57,417 nt of DNA from NCBI RefSeq assembly GCF_001194135.2, contig NC_068982.1, forward strand, positions 20,078,015 through 20,135,431, written 5' to 3'. Below the pieces are notes generated by a model. That model saw only the letters and a list, made by a program, of their open reading frames with translations. It did not search any database and was not told the origin of the DNA. Both the position numbers and the translations under genes were made by a program. Shown one piece after another: positions 1 to 12,618 of the stretch (position 1 is its first letter; the number at the start of each line of letters is the position of its first letter). Source of the stretch: Octopus bimaculoides. Lineage: Eukaryota.

Positions 1-33
<33 letters not shown>

Positions 34-39
34 GAAGGT

Positions 40-530
40 TTGAAAATGCACCCTCTGATCTCAGACTGAGACCAGTTGTGGCAGGCCCAAACTGTGAAAC
101 ACACAGATTAAGCAACTTTATCGATATCCTCTTAAAACCAATACATAAACACATACCAAGTATTGTAAGAGATGACCTGAACCTACTAAATCATCTCCCC
201 AAACATACCAATAGAGACATTTCCATTGTCTCCTTTGATGTAATAAACATTTACGCTAGGATCCCACATCAATATGAACTGGAAACCATTAAATTCTGGC
301 TAGAAAAATACCCCAATGAGGTCTCGGAAAGAATAAAAAAGAATTTATCATCAGGGGCCTTAAGTTTATCCTCCAAAACAACTTTTTGAATTTTCATAAT
401 AATACCTACAGACAGGTATCAAGGACTGCAATAGGTACTAACGTTGCTCCTACTTATGCAAATCTGGTGATGGCCTACTTAGAATAAAAAATTTATGAAG
501 AAAAAAAACATTCGGCGATGAATATAATAA
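40..530 (+). mobile_element. Penelope-like element reverse transcriptase fragment (frameshifted, truncated)
   Basis: Translates to LRPVVAGPNCETHRLSNFIDILLKP...IVSFDVINIYARIPH and, after a frameshift, RTAIGTNVAPTYANLVMAYLE, matching PLE RT motifs (LRPIV, SFDVxSLYTxIP, GTAMGxxxAPTYANLFM). Confidence 0.85.
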
Positions 531-1054
531 TATTCTTCAATGAAATATATTTTCCTTAAATCTTTTTGCCCTGTACAGGTCACAACTCGATTCACGACAT
601 GATTAGCACAACCTATAACTCACCGTGCTGGAAAAAGGAAATTTACAAGACTGTAAACGTATTGGTACATGAAATGCTTTATTTCGAGAATTTATATCTC
701 ACAATCCATTCACAGAGAAGATGATAATTCAATGGTTAAATTAGTATTAACATATTTACCTAAGGGAACGTCAAATCGATAATTAGAAATTCAACAGAGA
801 AACGAAAACATTATTTGTTCATGAATAACATGCTTAAAAAATATTTTCAGATAGTACGGTAGAAAACTTATGAGTGTTGTAATCAATAGTAACTATGAAT
901 AGTTTTATTTTGCTTCTATATAGACGTGGAGACAATAAAAACTAATATTTAATTATATATTTTTATATATTATATTTTACATAGTAACGCAACAAGTAAT
1001 AAAAGAAAATACACAGACCACACAACATATTTATAATATAACAATATTATGGGG

Positions 1055-1059
1055 TGAGA

Positions 1060-1131
<72 letters not shown>

Positions 1132-1145
1132 AGGGAGAGGGAGAG
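1055..1145. repeat. (AG)n microsatellite
   Basis: Directly visible GA dinucleotide run. Confidence 0.95.
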
Positions 1146-1619
1146 AATTTTTTTTTTTTTTACTGAATATCTAAAATTCATGCAAAATATTCCAATTGTA
1201 AATTTCATAGCACAGCAATATAAATTCTTTCTATTTTCCGTAAAACCATGAAAATAACTTTTATATCACTTACATTTTAGATATAGTTTCATATCCGTTA
1301 GAAAACTTCACACAAATCGCCAAGAAGCAACGAACCCTTTAATCAAAAGACACATGATACAGACTATTCTGTATCTAAAAAGGGTTTGGTGCAAATCCAT
1401 CTCGCAATTTGTCAAAGCTTTGATAATTGCGAATATCTTTTAAGAATGATGCAGGTTAATCACTGCACCTATTCATCCCAGACAAATTCAATATGGCCTC
1501 CTCGAATATTCAGATGTCAGCAGAACATTATTTACAGCAACAAATTCAGCTCTTCACATATTCTTATAATTGTTCAAAATATTCAGAAACTGCTTGAAAT
1601 TTGACATCAACAATTATTT

Positions 1620-1780
1620 ATTTTGTCACAAGGCCAGCAATTTTAATATGGGGATAAGTCGTTCTCAACGATCCAGTGGGCAACTGGTAGTTATTTTATC
1701 AACCTCTGCGTAAAGAGCGGGATGAAATGCTGCTAAGCATTTTTTTCTGACGTGCAGGCATTTTGCCAGCTCACTACGTT
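1620..1780 (-). mobile_element. Decayed copy of the abundant 'GCGGCGAGCTGGCAGAA' SINE-like family
   Basis: Shares cacaaggccagcaattt, caactggta.ttattttatc, gctaagcattt and gccagctcac blocks with copies at 19876, 42620, 49345 and 56698. Confidence 0.7.
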
Positions 1781-2804
1781 GAGAATGTATTTGTTTAGTA
1801 ACCGTTCTTGTCTAGCCAAACCTGTTCTTCCAGCGTTGTTCATATCACGTGTTCCACATCAAGGCTGTACACGAAGACGCTACATTTTCTTAGGTTCAAC
1901 TTCTTTTTGCATTTGCCGTTATTTTTACGATAGGGATTATTTTAATTAGCTTGTTTACAGCTGTGACATTGCAAGGTATCTTCTTCGTGTCTTTTTTTTT
2001 CTGTTGATTTGTGGACCTATCAATAAGGATTAAATAACACAATGAGATAATTCCTGCGTTCCAATGTTCTCTTCTTAAATCTTCAACATGATTAATGGAC
2101 AGTCACATTGAAACTTTCAACTGTTTGGCTCTGATTATGAATTTACATTCATACTAATAATTATTGGCGTAGACGTTTATGTTAACACATGGACATGCCA
2201 AGTTCAGGAGAAGCTAGGATTTTCAAGCAAAGTAAGGTAGCGCTTTTGTACCCATCTTTATTTTATATACTGTATTATGCTGGGCTGCAATAGCTTCTTG
2301 TAAATCTATGCTCAACCATTAAGAAATTTTCATTGGTTTAACATCGTCTTGCTTCTGTCGTTATTATTACCACAGGGATTATTTTAATTGCAACGCTGGC
2401 AGCTGTGACACTTCAAGATATCTTTCGTGCTGTACCTTTTCTTTCCATAGCTTCATGGACTCCTCAGTAAGGATTACTTAGAACAATTAGAACTATTCCT
2501 GCGTTCCTATGTACCGAGATGTATAATTTCACTACTTACATTTAAACAGCAGTAAAGCGTGTTGTCTGCATATATTGCTGTAAGATGCGGATAGTATCCA
2601 TAATACTAACACGATCTTTGACGATACAACCTGCAAGTTGAAGAGAAAACATAAAGGACACGGTGGTGAAGATCAATATACGAAAATGATCGTTGTTGTT
2701 ATCCCAACACCCAATGATGGAACTTTATTTTTCCTTGTTAGGTCCAGCTTCCTCATTCTAGAATGACTTACATGTGCACACACGACCTTGTACATATATT
2801 ACGA

Positions 2805-3075
2805 AGGGGCATAACTCAGCGTTAGAGCAATCATGACGTTGTCTGTTTGGTTCCCTGACTGGGATGTGTGTCATGTTCTTGTTAATTCAAGTTGCTCCAG
2901 TACACTGAGCTATTGAAATGAGTTTCGACATCACTTGTGCCAAGCTGTATCGGCCTTACACTTTCCCTCGAACAACATTGATGACGTGGGGAGCGGAGAC
3001 TGGTATGCAAGGGCGACTGCAAGTCTTTCAGAAGCAACCTTGCCTAGACTTCTATTCTGGAGAGGAGCCTTCTGA
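2805..3075 (+). mobile_element. tRNA-derived SINE (family A), decayed
   Basis: Body gttgctccagtacactgagct..gaaatgagtttcgacatcacttgtgccaagctgtatcggcc aligns with the reverse complement of 8095-8379; degenerate tRNA-like head. Confidence 0.75.
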
Positions 3076-3277
3076 TTGCAATTCCATGAAAAGGATGAAG
3101 ACCCCATTCGGGGTCTTTACCTTTTATGTGAATATGTGCTAGTTTGTACATGTTATTAGTTCTATTGTTTATTCTCCATTTACCTCTGCTGGAGATTTTG
3201 TCCAATATTGTTAAGAGGGTGAATGATGAAGAATAGGCGCCTTTGATACCGTACCGACCTAGAATTTTCACTATTTT

Positions 3278-3388
3278 CTGTGTGCGTGTGTGTGTATGTG
3301 TGTATGTGTGTGTATGTGTGTGTGTGTGTCTGTACGTGTGCGTGTGCGTGCGTGCGTGCATGTGTGCGTTATGTACGTGTGTGTGCAA
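3278..3388. repeat. (GT)n-rich microsatellite
   Basis: Directly visible. Confidence 0.9.
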
Positions 3389-4592
3389 CTTGTACAGGGA
3401 AATATTTCTGCACGAATTCTTAAACTTTCTGAGTAAAATTCGCATTCATGCTTATTAATGTTATGAGTGCACCTGATTCAACGTCTCTTCATAAATTAGA
3501 CTTTTAATCCATTAAGTAAAGATTTATTAATCGTACGTTAATTTCTATAGCAGTATAATTTTTCACACTCGTTTATTTCCATAACACAACGAAAAAAAAA
3601 AAATGCATCTAATTTCCAGATGATATTTATTAATAATATTTTGGATTAAATTTATACAGTTTACAAAACACAATTTTCGAATTACCATAATTCATTCGAT
3701 TTCTATATTAATAAATATAATCAATTTCAATTGAAGAACAATTTTCATGAATCCTATGCAAATAATATAGCTGATATAATCATACACATATTATATTAAT
3801 TTTTTTAATGCTAAATGCCCGGTCATATTTTCCCAAATACATCTAAATATTGCTGGCTTATGCATTAATAAATGATAATGACTTGTTTGAAAATTGTATA
3901 AACAAATTTTGCCAGAAAGCAAACTAATACTTCATGCTAATGCCAGGCAAACCACTTGAATTATCATAGCTGTGTGTTCATGTATATTAAATCTCAACCT
4001 TTATTCAATAGCTGTTATTATAGAACCATAAATCAAAAGCTATGGAAATTAGTAGCCAATATGAAATAGCGTATGGTAAGCGTTGCTAAAATTTCCTGCG
4101 AGGTAATACAGTTTACAAAATTCAATTGATGTTTGCGACTATAACACGTGACTTAGACATCATTCTAAGTCACGTGCTATAGTCAGTGCGTTTGTAATAG
4201 AATAGATCGTTCTATGTTTATTCAGTACAAGCGCCTCATAGATATAAAATGTGGAACATACTAATATTAGGCATTTCATAATATGCACTAATATTGAAGG
4301 GAAATTGAAAAACAAAATTATATTTATTACGCTTTACATTTAACATTTTATAATGCCAAAGCAATATAATGTATATGACTTTCGAATCTCTCTCAGTGAG
4401 AATGGCATGAAAGATGTTAGCACCATTTGAAGAATTAGTGGAGGAATTTCAAGTAAATGCAGCCGTATTAAGATGCAACTATTTTTTAAAAATGATATTC
4501 AATGATCGAATTCATTAAAACCTACATATTCACTAAAACTCAAAGCTTCTTAAAATTTCGATAGCGCACTAAATGTTTTTTTTTCTTCCAGG

Positions 4593-5215
4593 AACACACA
4601 CACACACACATGCACAGCACCCTGATAAACGTAACACACACACACACACATGCACAGCACCCTGATAAACGTAACACACACAGACTCATACAGAACCCCA
4701 GACAAATACAACGCACTTACATACACATACACACTCACACGCATACATACATACATATACCCAATCACACACGCATACAAATGCGCGCGCGCACACACAC
4801 ACACCACCCGGACAATTATAACACTAAAAACATACACAGACAGACACACACACATACTCACGTGCACGCACATGCCACCCTCATCAACACAACACACACA
4901 AACATACACGCGCACACACGTAGATGTACACATACACACACACACACACACGAACAAACATATACACACACACGTGCACACACAGCACCTTCCCAAATAC
5001 AAATCACACACAAACGTGCACACATACACAGACCCATACACATACACACCATACTGAACTAAAAAAACAGTCAATAAAACTCGACACACGTACACAAGCA
5101 CATATACACACAAACACACACACACACACAAAACTGAGCTCACACACACGCACACACACACACAAACACACAAACAAAAACACACGCACAAACACAAACA
5201 CACACACTCACACCG
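4593..5215. repeat. ~620 bp degenerate (CA)n low-complexity tract with a 40-bp tandem duplication at its start
   Basis: CA-dominated sequence; aacacacacacacacacatgcacagcaccctgataaacgt occurs twice with period 40. Confidence 0.9.
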
Positions 5216-6011
5216 TCTTGAACTCTAAGACCTGTTCAAAAACCGCTGAACCATGACAGACTAGCCCAGAAAAAAAAAATCCTTTTGATTCCACAAACAC
5301 TGTCAATGCTTTCCCCCACCAACCAACCCCCACACTCTTTCTAAAAATAGCAACCATCCTTGCCAAACACACAAACAAGACTGGAGATGAAGGAAAAAAG
5401 TTTGGTCATTCCCCTAAAATTTTGCATAAACACTTAAATATGATTTCTGATGAAGTTTTGACTAAGCAACACACGCTTTCTCTTATCAAATACTGTCTAC
5501 AAATTTTTCTGTGTATATGCTTCTATGCAATCATGATTTTTGATGAACTTATATATAATTATGAATTTATTTTACTGCCTATTTTGAACACTTTTATGTA
5601 AACTGTTTAAACGCAAAATCCCTTTTAACATTTTCTTATCATTGTCAAATACTGTATCACTGTATCTTAATACATCTATGATAACCATTTTTTAACACAA
5701 CAAAGCTACACAACGTCTTACATTTTTTTTTTTAAATGAAACCGGTCAAGTGAATAAACATCTTTAAAAGACGTCTGCATTTTCAAATCCTCTTTCGTGT
5801 ATATTTTCACTCGTGCGGTAGCCTGCAATTTTACTTTGTCATATATATATATATANNNNNNNNNNNNNNNNNNNNNNNNNNNNNNNNNNNNNNNNNNNNN
5901 NNNNNNNNNNNNNNNNNNNNNNNNNNNNNNNNNNNNNNNNNNNNNNNNNNNNNNNNNNNNNNNNNNNNNNNNNNNNNNNNNNNNNNNNNNNNNNNNNNNN
6001 NNNNNNNNNNN

Positions 6012-6045
<34 letters not shown>

Positions 6046-6349
6046 ACATATACATAAATACATAGTTTTGGTAAGACTGCGTCTAATGACGCTATGTAAT
6101 AGCCACATACAAGATGACTTCCCTCCTTGACAGCCAACTTGAAGTGCGACTAAAATAAAAGGCAGTGATGTTGTGACTGCCGAGTAATGAATGGCTTTAT
6201 GATGTTTATCACTGAGTAGGTACATACATAGTAGAATGAAAGTACGATCAAGCAAACAAATGGTACCTGGTTAGATCATGTTATTTATATATTTAAGCGT
6301 AATTCTCGAGCTGTTACAATAGAGTAGATCATAAAAAAATTAGGAAGTG

Positions 6350-7110
6350 AGTTGTCTCAAGAATCGATGTACATATGGTGCATTTCCCTGCAAATTGTTT
6401 CAAGAATGGATGCACATATGGTACATTTCCTACATATAATAGCGGTGTACACCATCTTGGACGAGGAAAAAGGAGCTAGATTCTTAGTAGAGGATTTTAG
6501 TAGTGCTACGTATCATCATCGAGGAGAGAGTGAGAAGGCTTTGCTCTACTACTAGCTTATGTGAGGTATAGAGAACGGTAGAAAGCAAGAATAGAATCAT
6601 AAATGTACGAGGGTAGATAGAAACTAATTCCCATGGAGATTCTAAGAGTTAGAGGAAGGTAATTAGAAAGTAATAGCTAGTGCTTATATGCATCGGGATG
6701 AAGGAGATTAAGACGAAACCCAGATGTAAAAGGCATAAGATGAAACCCAGATGTATAATGCAAATACTGTATGATGAGTGTGTTAGAATTATCAAACAGC
6801 CAACTGGGAGTGAGAGCTTGAGGGTTTGAGGGTTGCAGACAAGATAAAGAAAATCTAGAAAACAGTTTGGCAGGGTGGTCTACGCACGGTATGTGAAAAA
6901 AGTAGTGGAGGAAATCAAGTCAAGCTTAAAAACCAGCAAGTATATTAAGGGTTCCCGGAGATTGACTGATTGTAACTCTAAATAGTTGAGATGACTTTCC
7001 CAACCTTATCCGAAAAGCATCCCATAGGACAAAGTCTCCTGGTCAATTTGCAACCTTTCACGCTGTGATAGACTTGTCGTCTCTTGGTTAATCGCTTTGA
7101 TTTCCATTAA
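6350..7110 (-). mobile_element. Highly decayed CR1/Jockey-like LINE reverse transcriptase remnant
   Basis: Minus strand gives broken matches to RT motifs: GETF..DAFRIRLGK (cf. ALDISKAFDKVWH), SISGNP..WFLS (cf. GISGNLLxxIxxFLS), VYTAIICRK (cf. LYKxxIRPxMEY). Many stops and frameshifts. Confidence 0.5.
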
Positions 7111-8094
7111 CATTCTTGCCTAATAATCATCTCTAGAGCCGAAATCACCGTAGCATTTTAATTGTAAGTTCAGTGAAGAGTATTAAGAATATTAAGTTGT
7201 CACTAGATAAATAATAAAGTGAGGTGTAAGAGATTAAAAACAAAATATAATAAAGTATAATAATATACATTAATTTGATTCAAATAATATTTAATTCAAA
7301 TAGGTAATATTTAGATTGTAAGTTCCGTGGAGAATGAAAATATAGTAAGTAGTCGCTAGATGAAGTGATGTGCAACAGGTTAAAATAAATAAAATAAAAT
7401 AAAATGAAGTAAATATATTGATACAATTTAAATAAGGTAAATAAGCATCGAAGTACATACACTTTGTACAAGTGATAATCAGGTGCAACAGAATTAAATA
7501 GACGGGTTCGTATTACTGCATTTTATTTGTGGTAAATTAAAAAAGGTCTTATAGAATTTATGAACAAAAAGGACATTTCGAGTTTTTTGTTTAACAATTG
7601 CACTCGTTTATGCGATAGCATTTGTATAAATTCTTTCAAGTATAACCAACTCGAGAGACCAAGATATATCATACAGTACACGTTTTTCTTCAGGTTATGT
7701 ATGTGGTCAACCAGTGAGGTAGATATTTATTGACTTTATGGCATTTCAAAGAGCTTACGTGGGCTGACTATCCACGTTTAAAATTGCTGATGTCTCCAAG
7801 GTATACCTTGATAAAATTTTACCGTTTGTAAACTTATAAACGACATTGAATCTTCTACAATTGAATTGCAATGGACACTTAGCACGTATTTTGAATGTTC
7901 GGTTAGAATTATTTGGTAAGAGATCTTTTTTAATTTACGCTTCAGTGTAATGTAACATAGGACCACGTGGTTACGAAGTGAGCTTTTTAACAATTCTGTC
8001 ATATACTGAACCAAAAAGATACATCCGTATACATACACGCATACATACATGCATACAAGGTAAATATCCTTTTCGGTCATGAATGACTTTTGGA

Positions 8095-8379
8095 ATGCAT
8101 CTAGAAAGTTCCCCTCCGAGTCACAAGACAGGGCAAGCAGTCACCCATGCTTATCAGCCTCACCTCTCCACGCTACTGATGCTGTCCAAGGGAAAGATAA
8201 AGGCCGATACACCTTGGCACCAGTGATGTCGCAACTCATTTCCACAGGTGAGTGAACTGGAGCAACGTGAGATAAAGTGTTTTGCACAAGAACACAACAC
8301 ACAGCCCAGTCCAAGAATCGAACTCTCTACCTCATGATTGTGAGTCTGATGCTCTAACCACTGAGCGATGCGCTTTCAC
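8095..8379 (-). mobile_element. tRNA-derived SINE (family A)
   Basis: Minus strand head GCGCATCGCTCAGTGGTTAGAGCATCAGACTCACAATCATGAGGTAGAGAGTTCGATTC has Pol III A and B boxes, followed by central GTGTTCTTGTGCAAAACACTTT..CACGTTGCTCCAG domain. Confidence 0.85.
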
Positions 8380-8480
8380 TCATACATCTATATTTATACA
8401 TGCATATATTCATACACGCATATATATATGCTTATATCATAGTAATATCAAAATAATAATAACAATAATAATAAAAAATA

Positions 8481-8542
<62 letters not shown>

Positions 8543-8544
8543 AT

Positions 8545-9290
8545 ATGTATATCATATATGGGTACAGGACATCAACTGTGTAAGCGGCATGAAATACGGA
8601 GACAAACGAGTTAAATAAGTGAACAACAAAAGAAAAAAAATGGAAAACAAGACAAGTAAACAGAGAGAAACGACCTTTCATCAGTTGGCGGCTGTCTATT
8701 TACTCCTCATTTCGAGCATTCAAAGACAATATGAGTATTCAAGGACTGTTGCTCCCATAAATTCTAAAATTAAATTTAGGATTTATGGAGGATCAATAGG
8801 AACAAATACAGGACAGTGCAGACATACAAGGAAACCGAACGAAAGCAAACATGGAGGGTCGTTAGACCAGAACGAGAGGAAAATAGTGAACGCAGGGAGA
8901 AATATTTTCTATGCAAAGGGAAAAGATAGAAATAAGAGAATATATATATACGTACATACATGCATACATGCACCTTCAGATATATATATATATATAAGTT
9001 CAAAAAAAAGACAAAAAGCAATAACAAAAAAACAACAAAGTGAGGACGTGATACGGATAGTGTTATTAGACGCTCGGGAAAGGAAAGAGAGAGAGAATGA
9101 CGTTTCGGGCGGAGCCCTTCGTTGGAAAGACGGACAGTTCAAAGAATGGAAAAACGGAGGAAGCAAAAATCGGCACCGATGCCCACGAGGTTACATTGTG
9201 GAAGGACCGGAAGAGGAGGTGGTGGAGGAAAAGTTCTTTCTAAGAGAGGAGAGTGAAAAAGGGAGGTGAATATTTGTGCGTGCGCGAGGG
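8545..9290 (-). mobile_element. Penelope-type terminal-repeat-derived sequence with degenerate hammerhead-like motif
   Basis: Minus strand 9099-9126 reads CCAACGA-A-GGGC-TCC-GCCC-GAAA-CG-TC; shares ACGCTCGGGAA motif (9070-9080) with 24958 and 43842. Boundaries approximate. Confidence 0.55.
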
Positions 9291-9748
9291 TCTGCAAGTG
9301 TGTGTGTGTAATAACAGAACGTGTGCGTGCGTATGTATGTGTGGTGTGTGTGTGTGCGTGCGTGGTTTGGTGGTCTATCTGTTAGTGTGTATGTGGGTGT
9401 TTGTGTGTGTGTGTGTGTGTGACGTAGTGGAAGGAATTAGTAGCAGCAATAGTTAGTGGGTGCTTATGGACAATGGTCAGTGGAAGGTCAGCAGGCAGTT
9501 TTGTGTATGTGCGTTTCTATAAGTGTGTGGGCGAATCTGAGCGTGTAAGTGCATGCACGTGTGTTGTGTGTGTGTGGTGTGTTGGGGAGTAGGTGTGCAT
9601 ACATGTGTGTGTATGGGTGCGTGTATTTTTTGTGTGTGGGTATGTGTGCGTGTAGGAAGAGATGAAATAAATTGTGTAAAATTGTAGTGATTGTAATAAA
9701 AAAGTGAATAATGGATGTAATGTAAAGTGGATAAGGGAGGAAGGGTAA

Positions 9749-9749
<1 letters not shown>

Positions 9750-9802
<53 letters not shown>

Positions 9803-9808
9803 TAAATA
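9750..9808. repeat. (AAT)n microsatellite
   Basis: Directly visible. Confidence 0.95.
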
Positions 9809-10639
9809 AAGAAAAGTGTTGCATTGTCGTAAAGGAGAGAGTCATAAGGAGGAGGGGGCTGTGTTGAGTCCGAAGGGGAAAGATGATCTAAGGTTAAAAA
9901 TATAGCGCTGTTCCAAGTGGAGTCACGAGGGAGTGGACCCATGGTGCAGGGCGATATATATGAATTTGGATAAATATGTTAAATTGTGGTGACTTGATAG
10001 ATGTACAAAATAAATTTATAAAACTTTACCCCGTGAAAGGAAGGCGAAAAACAAATTCTAGAGGCTATTGCTTGCGACTGAGAAGAATAAGGAAAATTAA
10101 TTTCCTGAAAACAAGAATATATTTCTCTTGTGAAGTTACAAGTGAGGGAAATCATTGTGAACATGTTGTAGGCAAGGCACAGCAACTTACATATGTTACA
10201 GTCTGTTTGATCTTATTACTGTTGTGCAATCACACATTGCCTGTAGTACTGAAACTAAGTTTTTTTAAATTTCTACTAATGCAAAAAAGAAATACGCATA
10301 AATAAGATTATGGTAATTTATATAATCAACGTAAAACGTAAGGAACATTGGTAAGTAGATTTAAAGATTTGGATATCTATCATTAAAAGAACACAAGCTG
10401 TACTGAATGACACACAGAATGATATTTTCTTTATATTCCCCTTAAAACTAAAATTGGAAAAATGAACAAAATATTAGTGCAGTCGTGAGCGACTCTGCGA
10501 AAGAAGGGAATTTCAATCTCTCGATATCAGGATTACATTTCTCAACTTATTTACATGCAAGGTAAAAAAGAAACAGTCTGTGGTTGATATCATTTTCAAC
10601 ATATTCAGAATAGAAAAATACATGTGTAGACCCCCACCC

Positions 10640-10725
10640 CCCAACCCCCACACATTCTTTTCATTTATTGCTTTAGTTGTTTCAGTCGTAGGACTACGGC
10701 TATGCTGGAGCATCACCTTAAACTA
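10640..10725 (-). mobile_element. 3' tail of SINE family C
   Basis: Minus strand GGTGATGCTCCAGCATAGCCGTAGTC..GACTGAAACAACTAAAG matches tail at 49100-49148. Confidence 0.65.
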
Positions 10726-12618
10726 TTTCCTTTAAGTTTTGGTATCGCTTTATGGTTTGAAGTTGATCTCTGAGTTTGTAGCTGAGATCTTCTCTATCTG
10801 TATCTTTGAATGTTTATTCAGTGCTTTTTCTTTTCCTGTTTCAGTAGAGGTCCCCATTCAACAGTTTTAGATGTATGATATGTGAGAAACACGTCTGTGA
10901 TTTTTAGCTTCAGTCCGGATGCCACCTTTGTGTGTATGTGTTACTATTGCGTCTTTCTGTAATTCAGGGAGTTTGCCGGTAAATAACGACTTTGGAAATA
11001 TGTATATATATATAAATATATACCCTAGGCCTATTCCCCATTCATTTTTAGGAGGGATAAACCACAACAAGACACAAACCAGGCATTCCATTCATTTCTC
11101 AGCTGAAGGGGTGAGCCTCGTTCTATGATCGGGGGTCAAGGAATAAAACGCAACCCCCAGTATCAGCAGCGGAACCCGACAGCATATACTAGTTCACCAC
11201 CGTTGCATCATGCTAGTTCCGCACCCCTTCGAGCAATATAAAAATTCACTTATCTGTCCACAAACACTTTCCAATCTTTCTTATCATTTATAAAGTTTCT
11301 TGCCTCTCTCATTCCAATACCTCTAACCACCAAATCTTTCCTCACTCCATCCATTCACAAAACCGAGGTCTGCCTCTCGTTCTTCTGTCCCCGCTTCAGC
11401 TTTCATCACCATCCTTACCATCCGCTTCTCATTCATCCTCTCCACGTGGCCAAACCACTTCAGCATTCGTCTATCCAACCTGGTAGTTAATTTTTCTCTC
11501 ATTCCTGCTAGTCTTCGCACCTCCTCATTTCTCATCCTCTCCATCCGTGTCACACCAACCATAGCCCTCAGCCATCTCATCTCAAACACATCTAGTCGCC
11601 TCCTTTCCGCCTCTCTCAGCCTCCCACGTCTGCACCATATGAAATTGTCGGCATAATCACACCGTCATACAGACTTCTTTCCACTTTCATACTCAACCTT
11701 TTATCTCTCAGCATACCTTTCACAGCTCCAAGTATCTTACTCCCATCCCACACTTTGTATCCTTCCTCTTCAACCAATCCCTCCATCTGCCGTCACGTGT
11801 GTCCCCAGATACTTAAAAGCACTCATCTCCTCTAACATCTTACCATTTATACTCACATCCATCCTACCAGCCATTCCATCTCTCTAACCTCTCATCAGTT
11901 TCCTCCTCTCACACACGCTTCCAAACTCTACCACCAGTCTCCTCAGTTGCTCTTCCGAATACACCATTAGTGCTGTATCATCAGCAAACAACAACTGATT
12001 CACCTTCCATTTCTTTCCATTTTCTCCCACCACTTGGGCACTCCTACCAAGGGTTCTAGCATTTACTTCACTCACCGCACCATCCATATATAAATTAAAC
12101 AGCCAAGGAGACATCACACAAACCTGTCTTAGCTCCACCTACATATCAAACCACTCACTTCACCACCCACCCTAATGCAAACCCTACTTTCTGTATAAAA
12201 ACTCTCAACAGCTCTCAACAATCTACCATCTACTCCACTCAACCGCAACACCTGCCACATTGCATCCCTATCCACTCAGAGTCATGTGCCTTCTCTAAGT
12301 CCAGAAAGGCCCAATACACCTCGCTCCCTTTTGTCAAAGACTTCTCAAACATCAGTCTTACTACAAATATTTGATCTGTACACCCCCTTCCAATCCTAAA
12401 ACCACACCGCTCCTTCCCTAGTACACTCTCTGTCTGGTTCCTCACCCTAACAACCAAAATTCTCCCATAAAGTTTACTAACCATACACACAACAGACTTA
12501 TACCCCTAAAATTTCCACACTCATATTTATCCCTTTTCCACTTGTACTATAGAACTATACAGGCACTGCGCTAGTCCTTTGGTATTCTTCCAACCATATA
12601 ACAAATATTTATAAGCTT

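Noticed and set aside
1900-2420. Ly6/three-finger-like LQCHSC / LKCHSC peptides on the minus strand of the duplicated segment
   Set aside because: Both copies share an in-frame TAA a few codons later and lack further cysteine pattern or splice support.
4550-5256. Multiple 100-217 aa ORFs (CVCV / HTHT)
   Set aside because: Translation of CA/GT low-complexity DNA; open on both strands and several frames.
6350-6760. Short tandem duplications (about 49 bp at 6352-6435, about 28 bp at 6712-6760)
   Set aside because: Ordinary post-insertion microduplications in a dead LINE.
7694-7718. 25-nt micro-exon candidate (GYVCGQPVR) with ag/gt borders
   Set aside because: Too short and donor (gtagat) too weak to distinguish from chance.
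8619-9269. 216-aa ORF
   Set aside because: Antisense to PLE-type terminal sequence, includes TA repeats, no recognisable domain.
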